Below the pieces are notes generated by a model. The model was given only the letters and a program-made list of their open reading frames with translations. It made no database searches and had not been told where the DNA came from. DNA of 64,000 nt from the NCBI RefSeq assembly GCF_028641065.1, contig NC_073380.1, forward strand, positions 91,388,001-91,452,000, read 5' to 3'. The position numbers and the translations under genes were made by a program. The stretch's first letter is position 1. Every line of letters begins with the position of its first letter. Positions 1-11,160 of this stretch are shown here, piece after piece. Origin of the DNA: Leucoraja erinacea (lineage: Eukaryota).

Positions 1-805
1 AATAGAGAAAGGATTCACAGCGGTGTTTTACAATATTCTTTGTGTACTCCACGTGGAAATGTGTGGAAGTCACTCATCTCACTGAGAAATCCATTAGATA
101 TTTGATCCTTTCTATTCCAAACATATTTTAATTGCTAATTGATATAGGGTCAGGTTTTTATATGCTAAATAATACCATTGAACACTGGAGTCTGCTGTCT
201 ATCAATGTGGTGTCAGAATGCTATAGTTCATTGTGTTAGCAGAACAGCTGTGTTGAAGTGGTATTTCATTTGCTTGCTATAAAAAGTGACCTCAGTGCCT
301 TGCTGTCGTGAGGCTGACAGAGGCACGGAATTCAGGTCTTGATTACGGAAGGCTAGTGGTTGACTTTTTCAGATTATTATTTTTGGTTTAGTTCTGCATT
401 GGTTTATCATTTTCTATTTGTGTTTAGCAAAATTGAAGTTTTTTTTTTGTTATTAAAAAAGACACCAACATTCGAGCTGCATAAAGTCATATCAAATTGA
501 AATTGAAGAAATAATAAGTTATAGATTGGTGTGGATATTTACTGATTTATTTATTCTATAATATCTTTGTTTTCCTTTTGTGTAATTGCTAGGACTTCTT
601 ACTTTTTGCCCTAGTCACACCCACACTTCAGCGCTTCTGGCCTTTTACACCACCTATTGGTTGGCAGTCTGTATGAACACTTTCAAAATCAGATTCAGAT
701 TAGTGTATTGTCATACCAGGGGTGCAATGAGATTCCCTGCTCACATCAAGCTCATCAAGCTAACATTAGACGAGGTAAAGATAAACACTACAAGATATAC
801 AGAGC

Positions 806-1210
806 CAAGTCAAATCAAGTCAAGTTTATTCGTCACATACACATACGAGATGTGCAGTGAAATGAAAAGTGGCAATGCTCGCGAACTTTGTGCAAAAAGA
901 CAAACAAACAAACAACCAAACAAACTACAACAGAATGTAACAGAATCACATATTCTTTTTCATATTAAATATTGTGGGCGGAAGGAAAAATGGGAAAAAA
1001 AACAGCAATTTTTAAAAAGAACAAAGCAGTAGAGTAAAGTTAAAGTACAGTAAAGTTAGTCCCTGGTGAGATAGGAGTTTACAGTCCTAATGGCCTCTGG
1101 GAAGAAACTCCTTCTCAACCTCTCCGTTCTCACAGCATGGCAACGGAGGAGATTGCCTGACCGTAGCAGCTGGAACAGTCCGTTGCAGGGGTGGAAGGGG
1201 TCTCCCATGA
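806..1210 (-). mobile_element. Rex1/Babar LINE 3' end, 5'-truncated
   Basis: Minus-strand peptide GDPFHPCNGLFQLLRSG...TERLRRSFFPEAIRTVN* matches the C-terminus of the Rex1 ORF at 50958-51995; short (ttgac)-like tail near 806-822. Confidence 0.8.
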
Positions 1211-1214
1211 TTTT

Positions 1215-2320
1215 CTTCCTTTGCAATGAAATTCTTACTTTCTGCAGCTTTGCAAGTACATTTAACACAACACAGCAAAAACACAAACCATAAATCATCA
1301 GTTATTCTGGGTAAAGCAGGCCATGATAGTTGAAGAATGTAGTGCAAAAAAATATGAATGTACAATGGCAGAATAGTCGAATGAGGTAGCATTAACTGCA
1401 GCACCTCCAGGAAGTGGTTTTGAAAGAGGCGATTTGTTCAGGAATTTGACAGTGAAGGGGAATACACGGTTCTTTAACTGTACATTCAAGCTTTCAGGCT
1501 CCTGTATCTTCTACCAGAGAAAAGACAAAAGGGAATGGCTAGGTTGGGAGACATCCTTGATGTTACTTCCAGCCGACCTTATGCAATCCTCTGAAGATGG
1601 GCTGAATGGAAGGAAGTGACGAGTGGGTGATGAACTGAGATCTTCACTATTCTCTGCAGGTTCAGGTGGTCAACAGCAGAGCAGTTGCCATACTGGGCTG
1701 GGTTGGATCCCATCAAAATACTTTCTAGAGGTTCTGGAGTATCCTCATGGACCTGCTGAATCTTCTCAGATGCCTAAGAAAATACATATGCTGATGCTCT
1801 TTCTTGATTACACTGCATCAATGTGAAGGGACTAGGTTAGGTTGCTGGGGATGTAAATGCCAAGGAACTCGAAGCATTCGACCATTGTTAGATGGTTCTA
1901 TTGATGAGTAGAGGCCTGTGTTCACCTCATTATGGTCTATGTAAGAGCTGCTTGTAATCGGTAATTGAGATGAATCACTTTACATTTCTCGGGGACTAGA
2001 ATAACGGAGGCTTGAAGCTGATTGTGACTGTTCTGTTGAAATGAGAGGATGAAGATGTGGGAAAAGACCATGGTCACTTAACTTGAGCCCGATTTAAAAA
2101 TGTGTCCTGGGACTCCTTCCGGGCTGACTGCTTTCAGAGCGTTTTCTCACCTAAAAGCAGATTTGAGATCTACCACTGAGATGTATGCAACACAGCCAAG
2201 GTGGTGGGGGAGGTGATTCACCTTGACGTAGACAAATATATATGGCTTCCATAAAGCTAAACGACTGGGCCTGATGGTGCTTGATGTGGGCAACTCCTTC
2301 TGCTTGCTAACTGTGTCAAA
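1215..2320 (-). mobile_element. Old degenerate Rex1/Babar LINE fragments
   Basis: Decayed matches to the Rex1 ORF: FKFLG/KKAHQR.YFLR-like block at about 1770-1885; ISVVDLKSAFR*ENALKAVSPEGVPGHI (KAAGPDG.PG motif) at about 2100-2185. Confidence 0.6.
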
Positions 2321-2479
2321 TGCCCTTCTCACCTGATCACCAAAGATCAGGCAAAGGGCCTCTGTTCATCTTTCCACAAATGCTGCCAGACCTGCTGAGC
2401 TTTTCCAGAATTTCTGATATAGTTTTGATTTCCAGTATCAGATGTTGTTTTGTTTGTTATAATGATACTGCATTTATGT

Positions 2480-2558
2480 TGTCTGCATTTCGTTGTCTCT
2501 GTACTGTACACTGACAATGACAATTAATGTTGAATCTGAATCTGAATCTGAATCTGAT
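2480..2558 (+). repeat. Rex/L2-type LINE tail with (gaatct)n microsatellite
   Basis: gacaatgacaattaatgtt followed by (tgaatc)4. Confidence 0.55.
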
Positions 2559-4409
2559 GACGATGACTTGGTATGTCACATTAATCACTTGTGTGAAGTT
2601 GGCAGTTATTGATTGGCAATCAGCATTTCCCACAGATTGACATTAGTCCTGGGACAACATGGACCAAGATTAGTACATCACTCAGGCATCCGTGTATTTG
2701 AATACATTTCCAAAAGAGGAGTAAAATATACAACTGTGTGATGTATGTTATTTCAGCTGCTTCATAAACTTTTTCTTAAAATATATTATCAATTCTTAGC
2801 TTTTTTTGGCACACAAGCCAGTGTCGCTGTATAGGCCATATCCAGGTGTTCAGTTTGACAAAACAACACTGGAAAGTTAAGCTGCCACTTCTCATCATTG
2901 ATTGAAGAGTGATGACTTTCTTGTAAAGTTACATAGCTATCTGCCTATCCCTTAATCCATGAGAGCACTCGCTAGAATTTAGCAGCTTTAGAATTTAGTG
3001 AAGTCCGGACAATCTAATTATCCAGACTCTCTATAATGAACTTCCTCTCGGGCTCTTTAGCTCACATATGATACATTTGTTCTGCATGATGGAACAGAAA
3101 AGCTAGGATTCCTTCTCCCTTTTGTCATCGTTGCTCTATTGCAGGAGTTAAATCCACTTGCTCAAAGTTTCAAGAGGAGAAATTAACACATTGTTTGTGA
3201 CGGTTTTCGATGCTTACAATTTACATGCCTTTTAAAGCAAAAAAATAACCCGCCTGTGAGTGGCGGATGCATCTTGCATAATCTCAATTTGCTGCTTAGC
3301 TTGTATTTGGATTCCATTGCAATTGTAATAATATCAAAACTGAAGCCAGGCCCTTTGGCGAAGGGATTAGTTATTTGTCTGCAGTGTTTGATTAATATGA
3401 GGCACACTGTTTTCCAGGCAGTGTTTTGCAAATGCATGAATAAATCTTATGTGCAAAGAAAATATAAAAAATTGGCCAAAGTATTGTTGGCATAATTAAT
3501 TTTTTCCACCTGTCAGGAAAGTCATAAAATGTTTCTTACTCCTTATTGGTTTTCATTACATCACCTTGGGGCACTCAACTAATCCACACAGGTGTGCACC
3601 CTTTACGGAATTTCACTCATGGTTTTCAAATTTGTTTATCACACAGTATTATAAATGACCAGTCTTTCACTTCTGGGATTGCAGAAGTACATTTAAGTCA
3701 AAACTTTTGCTTGCAAGACCTGAAAAGATGCAAAAGAACATTGCACTTAAATTGTTGCTTCCACATCCTCAAAGTTCTTAAAGAACATACTGTTGAGTCA
3801 TAATCACTGCTGTGCTGTAACATTTGAGATGTAGCAATTAGCAACAGTGATGTGAACATGATCAACTGGCATGCACTGATCACAAGGGGTAATTCTCCTG
3901 CACTTAATAAAGTGATGAGTTCATTCCCATCACCCTTAGATTGTACGAAGGGCTTCAGTAAGCACCAGGCCTGAAAGGTATCTGGTTCTATGATTGCACC
4001 ACCTCAATATCAGTTTCATTATTTGTATCTAAGTTTCAGGAGTGGGCTGCAAACTCACAGCGTTCACACATAGAATCAAAGGAGCTGCCAGGTGACCTAC
4101 TACATCATTGCAATTATGGAGTGATCACATGCTTTGTTACAGCGTCACGAGCTTTTAATTTATTACATTTGGCATGCTTTGAATGTTCTAAGCATTTAAT
4201 GACGCGGGAATAATTACAATCTCTGCAGGTCTATCAGATTGGCATTTGTTCACATCGAACTTACAGTGCAGAAACAGTCCATTTAGACTAATTGGCCTAC
4301 AGTAGACTTCACATTCTCAACTAGCCTCCATTCACCCACTCTACATGAAGCCATCAGCATCTCATTTTATTCCATTCTCCTTCATACACTCATGTAGAGT
4401 AAAAAAAAG

Positions 4410-5120
4410 TCATGAAATTATACAGCACAGAAACAGGCCCTTGACCTGACCTATCCATGCCAACAGTGATGCTGTTACAAGGGAACCAACCGTTCAAGGA
4501 TATGACCAGTAGAACAAAAAAAGGCTCACTCGTCCATTGTTACAAATCAGATTTATTTGGAGAACAAAAACAGTACTTATCTTGGTTTGCGCGGGGCTTG
4601 TCTTACAGCAGCACACCTCACTCTCTCTCACTCTGCATCCGTCCGTGGCGTTGATCGCAACCCAGTTCGTCGGTAAACCCTTCTCATCAACAACTAATGT
4701 GACTTTCCGGCACCTGCCTTTATACCGGCAGAAATCAGCTGTTGAAGGCAATACACACAGAGCTACTGACCGCAGACTCGGCGCACAAAGATCTAAACAG
4801 AGCGCTGTCGGCTTGGTGCGTGGAGCCTTAAACAAAGCACTGTCGGCCATTCATTGAATATCATTCATTGAACATAGAGCTACCGGTCACCCCGCTATGA
4901 GGCTTTAAACATAAAGCTAACGGCCACAGCGCTATTAATCATGGACTGTTCGGGCAAAACTCTTATTACAGATGCCTAATCACACTAAACCCATTTACAA
5001 GCTTCAGGCTCATATAATTCTACTATTCTGTTATCCAAATATCTGTTCCAATGTCTTGTAAACATTGTAAGTGTATCCACCTCCAGCACTTCCTTTAACA
5101 GATCATTCTATACAACCACT
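4410..5120 (-). mobile_element. Old CR1 3' end split by the solo LTR
   Basis: tacagcacagaaacaggccc tail motif at about 4420; the CR1 3' sequence resumes after 4975. Confidence 0.6.
4473..4970 (-). mobile_element. Solo LTR (498 bp) inserted into an old CR1 3' tail
   Basis: TG...CA termini (TGTTACA...TATTACA), perfect 5-bp TSD GATGC (4468-4472 and 4971-4975). On the minus strand TATAAA (4719-4724) precedes AATAAA (4552-4557). CpG-rich relative to the flanks. Confidence 0.85.
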
Positions 5121-5665
5121 GTTGGTTGGCATCCATCCATCTGCAGTAGATGATGGTGTGATTTTGACGATGTCCTACTTGCAGAGGGGAATGTTTCATT
5201 TCCTGCTGTGGTCTCTAACTACTACATTCGGTGTAAAAGCTATCCCTTTAAACATCTCCCCTCTATTGATATTGATTTATTATTTTCAAGTGTACCGTGA
5301 TATATTGATAAATTTTGTATTGCATGTTATCCAATCTAACACAGTAATACCATGGATGAGTATATCAGATAATGCCAAAACTAAATTAAACAGAGAGCAT
5401 AGTATATGGTGGTGTTACATTTACAGAGAAGGTGCTGATGGGCAAAGATAGCACAATGAGATGGATAGGAAGATCGGGAGTTCATCCTCAGCATTTGAGA
5501 GTTTTTTTCAAAAGCCTGGAAACAATGGGGAAGAAGCTGCTCTTAAATCTGATGGCATGAGTTTTCAAGCTCTAGTTTTAGACGCCCTACCAAAAAAAAA
5601 GACCTGACTATATACTTTATTGATGCCTTTCCTAATTGTATAAATCTCTGTAAGGTTACCCCTTA

Positions 5666-5891
5666 TACCCCTGTCCCACTTAGGAAACCGGAACGGAAAC
5701 CTCTGGAGACTGTGCGCCCCACCCAAGGTTTCCGTGCGGTTCCTGGAGGTTGCAGGTGGTTGCCGGAGGTTGCAGGTAGTGGAAGCAGGGAGGGAGACTG
5801 ACAAAATCCTCTGGGAACTGCACGGAAACCTTGGGTGGGGCGCAAAGTCTCCAGAGGTTTATGTTCAGGTTTCCTAAGTGGGACAGGGGCT
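5666..5891. mobile_element. Palindromic MITE, copy 1 (PIF/Harbinger-like)
   Basis: About 80-bp terminal inverted repeats (cccctgtcccacttaggaaacc... / ...ggtttcctaagtgggacagggg), tta on the left flank; second copy at 29276-29501; sits inside an old CR1 fragment. Confidence 0.85.
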
Positions 5892-6216
5892 CAAGCCTCA
5901 TACATTCCAGTGAGAATAAATTTAGCTACTGTTCTTCGTCTTTCCACAAGCCGTGAATATACTGTGTTTGCTAAACCTGGCAGGAGGAAGGTTCATCCTT
6001 TCCAGCTCTGAACGTAGAGACACAGGACACACGCTCACATGGAGAGGTCTTTGTAACTGAATTACATGAGCCAGTCAAGCAGCAAGTCTGCAAGATTAGA
6101 GTGAGGAAAGCAACCGTCACACACTGTTAAATGGTTCACTGGTTAGGAACGGTGAGTAGGAAAGTATAGGGCGCTCTTCATTTTATATTATTGTGTCAAG
6201 CTGACAGAGTTAACTT

Positions 6217-6487
6217 TTGTATTGTATTGTATTCAAATTTATTGTCATTGTCTCAATTGGAGACAACGAAATGAATTTCCCTTTACAGTCAGTATCATAT
6301 AAATAAATAACAAATAATAAAAAATATTAAAAATAAAATAGAATTTAAAAAAAAAGCACAAACACAGAAAGTCCACGACACAACATAACACAATGGCACC
6401 AAGGTGAGGAAGGCACCATAGTCCAGCCAGCCTCTCCTCCGATCTTCCCAGATGTTCACCCGTGGTCGGGGCCTTCCGAGCACCCGG
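6217..6487 (-). mobile_element. Non-autonomous LINE-tailed element with (caata)n tail, 5'-truncated
   Basis: Highly similar to 24835-25064 in the opposite orientation; 3' stem-loop ttgtctc-aattg-gagacaa and (attgt)3 tail. Confidence 0.75.
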
Positions 6488-6674
6488 GCTGATGGAACGC
6501 AGGCTGATAACAAGGCTGATCTTACCTGTTCTGCACATTCTTCTCATTTACTGTATATCTGGATATGCTTCGCCGTTCAGGCCCAGCCCAGCACCAGAAA
6601 AATCATCAAACAAAAATATCTGGTTCTGGTCAGGACTATTAATATATTGCCAAGCTTCACATTTACAACAATAC

Positions 6675-7020
6675 AAATGTTTTTTTCATCTCCGTCCTAA
6701 AGGATTTCCCCTTTATCCTTAAACTGTGGCCCCTTGTCCTGGCTTCCCCAACATCGGGAATAATCTTCCTGCATCTAGTCTGTCCAACCCCTTAAGAATT
6801 TTATAAGTTTCTATAAGATCCCCCCTCAATCTTCTAAATTCTAGCGAGTACAAACTGAGTCTATCCAGTCTTTCTTCATATGAAATTCCTGACATCCCAG
6901 GAATCAGTCTGGTGAACCTTCTCTGTACTCCCTCTAAGGCAAGAATGTCTTTCCTCAGATTTGGAGACCAAAACTGTACATAATACTCCAGGTGTGGTCT
7001 CACCAATACCCTGTACAACA
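6675..7020 (-). mobile_element. Young CR1 (HER1-like) subfamily A internal fragment, lacking the 3' tail
   Basis: [19 protein letters not shown]...[12 protein letters not shown]...[12 protein letters not shown] is the CR1 ORF2 C-terminus. Confidence 0.9.
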
Positions 7021-7142
7021 TGTGGCCTTTGGTTACAAGCTTGGCAGTTCCAATCCTTAGAAGAGCAGCTGATCCAAGCATCTTTTTAAATAGCCTACTT
7101 TAGAATGCTCTTCAACTTTGTGCCAAATGATCATCTCAAGTC

Positions 7143-7470
7143 AAATAGTAAGATTAAACGTGAACTTACCAGTTCGAAGTTTGATCGTTATTTTATGAGG
7201 AGTAACGTTGAGGGAATACGTGAAGAACCCCGCCAGGACGCATGCGTGTCATTCTTCAAAACAGCGGTGTGAAATCACAGATAACTGTAATGACTAAACA
7301 TAGTAAGATTAGAGAAGAAAATACCAGTTGAGTATATGATCAAGGGTGGGAGCGGAGGGCACGTTTTCCCTCAACGTTACTCCACATAAAATAATGATTA
7401 AACTTCGAACTGGTAAGTTCTCGTTTAATCTTACTATTTTACTTCGGAGTCACGTGAGTGACTACGTGAA
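7143..7470. repeat. DIRS right terminus and internal complementary region (ICR)
   Basis: 7143-7222 is the reverse complement of 7360-7439 with about 5 mismatches in 80 bp. 7440-7470 ends in tacgtgaa, which also occurs at 7217-7224. Confidence 0.9.
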
Positions 7471-7636
7471 AATTTTAAAGCTCTGTGATTCCATGCCGTG
7501 GAAACGAGTCCATGCATCACATCTGCCTTGATTATGGGGAGAATAGTGTTAACATCATTAGACATCAATCCGATATTGAAAAAACCAACGATAAATTTAT
7601 TAACACCAAATTATAGCCCCTATTTATGGGGTAAAA

Positions 7637-8521
7637 TTATATTACAGAACTTAAAATTGTTTCTGTAAATGTTCCAGGTTCAATTTCTGATTTGTTATAA
7701 AATCGTTGGAAAGTTTTCTCCGTTGACCATCCTGCTGTCTTGAGGATTTGGTCCATAGGGACATCCAACTTCATAGCTGCCGATGTAGCTGCAGCCCTGG
7801 TGGAGTGAGATTTAAAAATGTTAGTGTCTACTCCAGCCTTTATTAGGACCTGTTTTAGCCATCTCGAGATGGTCTGGACTGTCACTGTTTTGTGTGGCTG
7901 TTTGTAGCTGATTAAAATTGCCATTTCTTTGCCTCTGTTGATCTTAGTATACTCCATATATAATAGCAAGTGTGTTACAATACAGAGTCGATCATCTGTC
8001 GGGTAGGCCCTGAATTCTATTTTTAGGCCTGCTGACCCCTGGCTGTTCTGTTTGACTATTTCATTGATGTGAAAAGTTAAATTTCCAGATGAAGTAGTCA
8101 TGTTGTCCAGCCTTAGTTTCTGTAGTGACTGGACCCTTTGTGCCGTGACCAAGGCCATCAGCATGACTGTTTTCATAGTCAGTTTCTGTAGGGACAGAGC
8201 TGTAGCTGGAGACCAGTTTCTTAACATGGTCAGTACAATGCTCACATCCCATATTTGGTAGTACCTGGTTCTTAGGGGATTAACATTAAAAATGCCCCTC
8301 ATGAGTTTAGTTACCGGGGGGTGTGTCCCAACAGAATGCCACTCTGTTCCTTGCCACAGGTATGTTGACAGAGCACTTCTGGCGCAGTTGATGGCACTAT
8401 AACTGATCCCCTCATCGTAATGGAGGCTTGCCAGGAATTCCAGAACAGACGGGATGTTCATAGATCTGAGGGTGATGTTATTGTTGTGACAGTACATTTC
8501 CCATTTCTTGATGTACACCAA
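7637..8521 (-). CDS. DIRS tyrosine recombinase (lambda integrase fold)
   Basis: Catalytic residues recognisable: AQR(VQSL), SHSTR (HxxR), AGW, F.RFY; N-terminal core-binding region (YSAINCARSALS). The frame stays open upstream as ISATHRQSTKKQYL. Confidence 0.92.
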   Translation of the reverse strand: MVYIKKWEMYCHNNNITLRSMNIPSVLEFLASLHYDEGISYSAINCARSALSTYLWQGTEWHSVGTHPPVTKLMRGIFNVNPLRTRYYQIWDVSIVLTMLRNWSPATALSLQKLTMKTVMLMALVTAQRVQSLQKLRLDNMTTSSGNLTFHINEIVKQNSQGSAGLKIEFRAYPTDDRLCIVTHLLLYMEYTKINRGKEMAILISYKQPHKTVTVQTISRWLKQVLIKAGVDTNIFKSHSTRAAATSAAMKLDVPMDQILKTAGWSTEKTFQRFYNKSEIEPGTFTETILSSVI

Positions 8522-8631
8522 GTACTGTTTTTTGGTGGACTGTCTGTGGGTCGCTGAAATAATATTTGGTCCGTCAGTCCCAGGTGTAGTAGAGGTGCTT
8601 TCAAACTCTACAAATTAATAGGTTTATAGAA

Positions 8632-9936
8632 TTATGACATGGGTGACTTTCCCTTGTTACGGGAATGAACCAGTAAATTAGGTCTATGATGGATGGTGAT
8701 GCATGGTTCTAATATCATGTCGAGTATCACCGGGAACCATGGTTGAGTAGGCCAATCGGGTACTATCAAAATACCAGACGCAGAGTCTTGCTGTATTTTC
8801 CTTAATACCCAACTGATGAGGCAGAAAGGAGGGAATGCATAAATAAACAATTTCCCCCAATGCAGCGAAAATGCATCTGTTGCCGCTGCCCCAGGGTCTC
8901 GTTCCCATGAAACATAGTTTGATAACTGGTGATTGAGCCTGGATGCGAATAGATCGATATCTGGTGTTCCATACTGTGCTGTAATTTCAGCAAATACATT
9001 TTTATCCAACATCCATTCGGTGTTTTCATTGAATTTGCATGACCTGGTGTCTGCCACTAAATTTAGTTTACTTGGTAAGTAGGTAGCTGATATCCAAATA
9101 TCTCTCTGGATACACCATTGCCAAATTATGTTGGCCAGATTGTCACATGATGTCGATATGTTTCCACCCATGTGGTTGATATATGCTACCACGGTGGTGT
9201 TGTCAATTTGTAGTCTAACATGCTGATGATATAACCCAGAACAATATGACTTAAGGCCATGGAATGCACTTAACATTTCCAGGTAGTTTATGCCCAGTGT
9301 TTGTAATAATGATGCCTCCTGTACATTCCATCTCCCCCCACAGCTGGAGATGGAATTGGTAGCACCCCAACCAAATGCACTGGCATCAGTTTGAAGTACC
9401 ATAGACGGGTTGCTGATAATGATTGGATTGGAACAATGCCTAATGTTATCTTTCCACCATTTCAGTTCCATTATGGCCTCTGTTGGTAGCTTCATTGGTC
9501 TGTCAAAATGACCACCATTAATTTTGAGTGCTCGTATTTTAGCCCTCTGTAAATTTTGATAATGTAAAGGTCCGAATTGTGTGGCTGGAAATGCAGCCAC
9601 TATTTTGCCAATTATTCTTGCTACCAGTCTGATGGATAGTTTAGTGATGTCAATGATTTTGCTGCAAGCCTCTATTAAGGCTGTAACCTTTTCTTTCGGC
9701 AAAGTCACTGACATGTGAACTGAGTTAATGGTGAATCCCAGATAATCCATTGTGGTTGAAGGCGTTAATTTAGATTTAACTGGATGGATGATAAACCCCA
9801 GTTTTTCAAATAATTGTTTTGTGGCTGTTACCGTTTGTGTAGGCAATTCCAAAGTTTTGCCCACAATAAGTATGTCATCTAGTTATGCCATTACCATGTG
9901 TTTTTGTTTCCGCAGAAACGCTAGGGCTGGTTTCAA
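8632..9936 (-). pseudogene. DIRS pol remnant: RT C-terminal half, RNase H and Dam-like methyltransferase domain
   Basis: In-frame upstream of the ORF is LKPALAFLRKQKHMVMA*LDDILIVG, i.e. YLDD with TAA at 9883-9885. RNase H: TDASAFGWG, INYLEM, DNTTVVAYIN, NLVAD. MT: DIDLFAS, DAF...W, YAFPPF, P.WP.QPWFP. A +1 frameshift near 8662 hides the ending HPVTRESHPCHNSINLLICRV*. Confidence 0.92.
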
Positions 9937-9939
9937 CCT

Positions 9940-10102
9940 AGATTCCTTCTTGAGAAAGGACATTGAGAAGCCTCAGCTTCTACTGTCAAAACGCAGGAAC
10001 GCGATACTGATTTTAGATGATCAGCCCTGATCATATTGAATGGCGGTGCTAGCTCAAAGGAGCAAATGGGGAGCAAAGGAGCATCTATTTTTCTATGTTT
10101 CC
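9940..10102 (+). mobile_element. Older CR1 3' tail abutting the DIRS truncation point
   Basis: gatactga...gatgatcagccctgatcatattgaatggcggtg...ttctatgtttc. Confidence 0.7.
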
Positions 10103-10319
10103 ATAAAGCCATTGCTTATTCTTCTAAACACCAGTAAATACAGGCCTATCTTGTTCAATCATTCTTAAGGTATAACATCTGCAACCCAGAGGACCACCAA
10201 ATGTCCTTTGTCAGAATTTCTTACAGGTTCACCAAGACTTCTAATTTTGTACTCGACCCTTCTTGCAGTAAAGACCATTTATTTTGTCTCTCATTAAATA
10301 TGATTCTTATATTCTGATA

Positions 10320-11109
10320 TTATCTGAATGGTGGCCGATTAGTATTACCTGAATGGTGGCCGATTAGGAAACGGGGAGATGCAACGAGACCTGGGTGTCA
10401 TGGTGCACCAGTCATTGAAAGTAGGCATTCAGGTGCAACAGGCAGTGAAGAAAGCGAATGGTATTTTAGCATTCATAGCAAAAGGATTTGAGTTTAGGAG
10501 CAGGGAGGTTCTACTGCAGTTGTACAGGGTCTTGGTGAGACCACACCTGGAGTATTGCATACAGTTTTGGTCTCCTAATCTGAGGAAAGACATTCTTGCC
10601 ATAGAGGGAGTACAGAGAAGGTTTACCAGACTGATTCCTGGGATGTCAGGACTTTAATATGAAGAAAGACTGGATAGACTCGGCTTGTACTCGCTAAAAT
10701 TTAGAAGATTGGGGGGGGGGATCTTATAGAAACGCACTAAATTCTTAATGAGTTGGACAGGCTAGATGCAGGAAGATTGTTCCCGATGTTGAAGAAGTCC
10801 AGAACAAAGGGTCACAGTTTGAGGCTAAAGGGGAAATCTTTTAGGACCGAGATGAGAAAAACAATTTTTACACAGAGAGTGGGGAATCTCTGGAATTCTC
10901 TGCCACAGAATGTAGTTGAGGCCAGTTCGTTGGCTATATTTAAGAGGGAGTTTGATGTGGCCCTTGTGGCTAAAGGAATCAGGGGGTATGGGGAGAAAGC
11001 AGCTACAGGATACTGAGTTGGATGATCAGCCATGATTATATTGAATTGCTGTGCAATCTCAAAGGGCCGAATGGCCTCTACTCCTGCACATATGTTCTAT
11101 ATTTCTATG
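10320..11109 (+). mobile_element. CR1 subfamily A 3' portion with stops and frameshift
   Basis: QRDLGVMVH...KKANG.LAFI...RPHLEYC; C-terminus ...GYGEKAATGY*; ttctat tail; about 25-bp tandem duplication at the 5' junction. Confidence 0.92.
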
Positions 11110-11160
11110 ACTGCGTCCAACTGCTGTCTGGTTCGTTGATCGGTTTGCTAGATATGAACT

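Larger units (their letters stand above)
7143..9936 (-). mobile_element. DIRS1-type tyrosine-recombinase retrotransposon, 5'-truncated (gag and N-terminal RT lost)
   Basis: RT-RNaseH-MT ORF followed by a YR ORF, then an ICR and right terminus (80-bp inverted pair 7143-7222 / 7360-7439). RT homology stops at about 9936, next to an old CR1 tail. Confidence 0.95.

Noticed and set aside
7637-9864. Prophage or bacterial contamination (integrase plus methylase)
   Set aside because: RT/RNase H, gene order and ICR identify a eukaryotic DIRS element embedded in vertebrate repeats.
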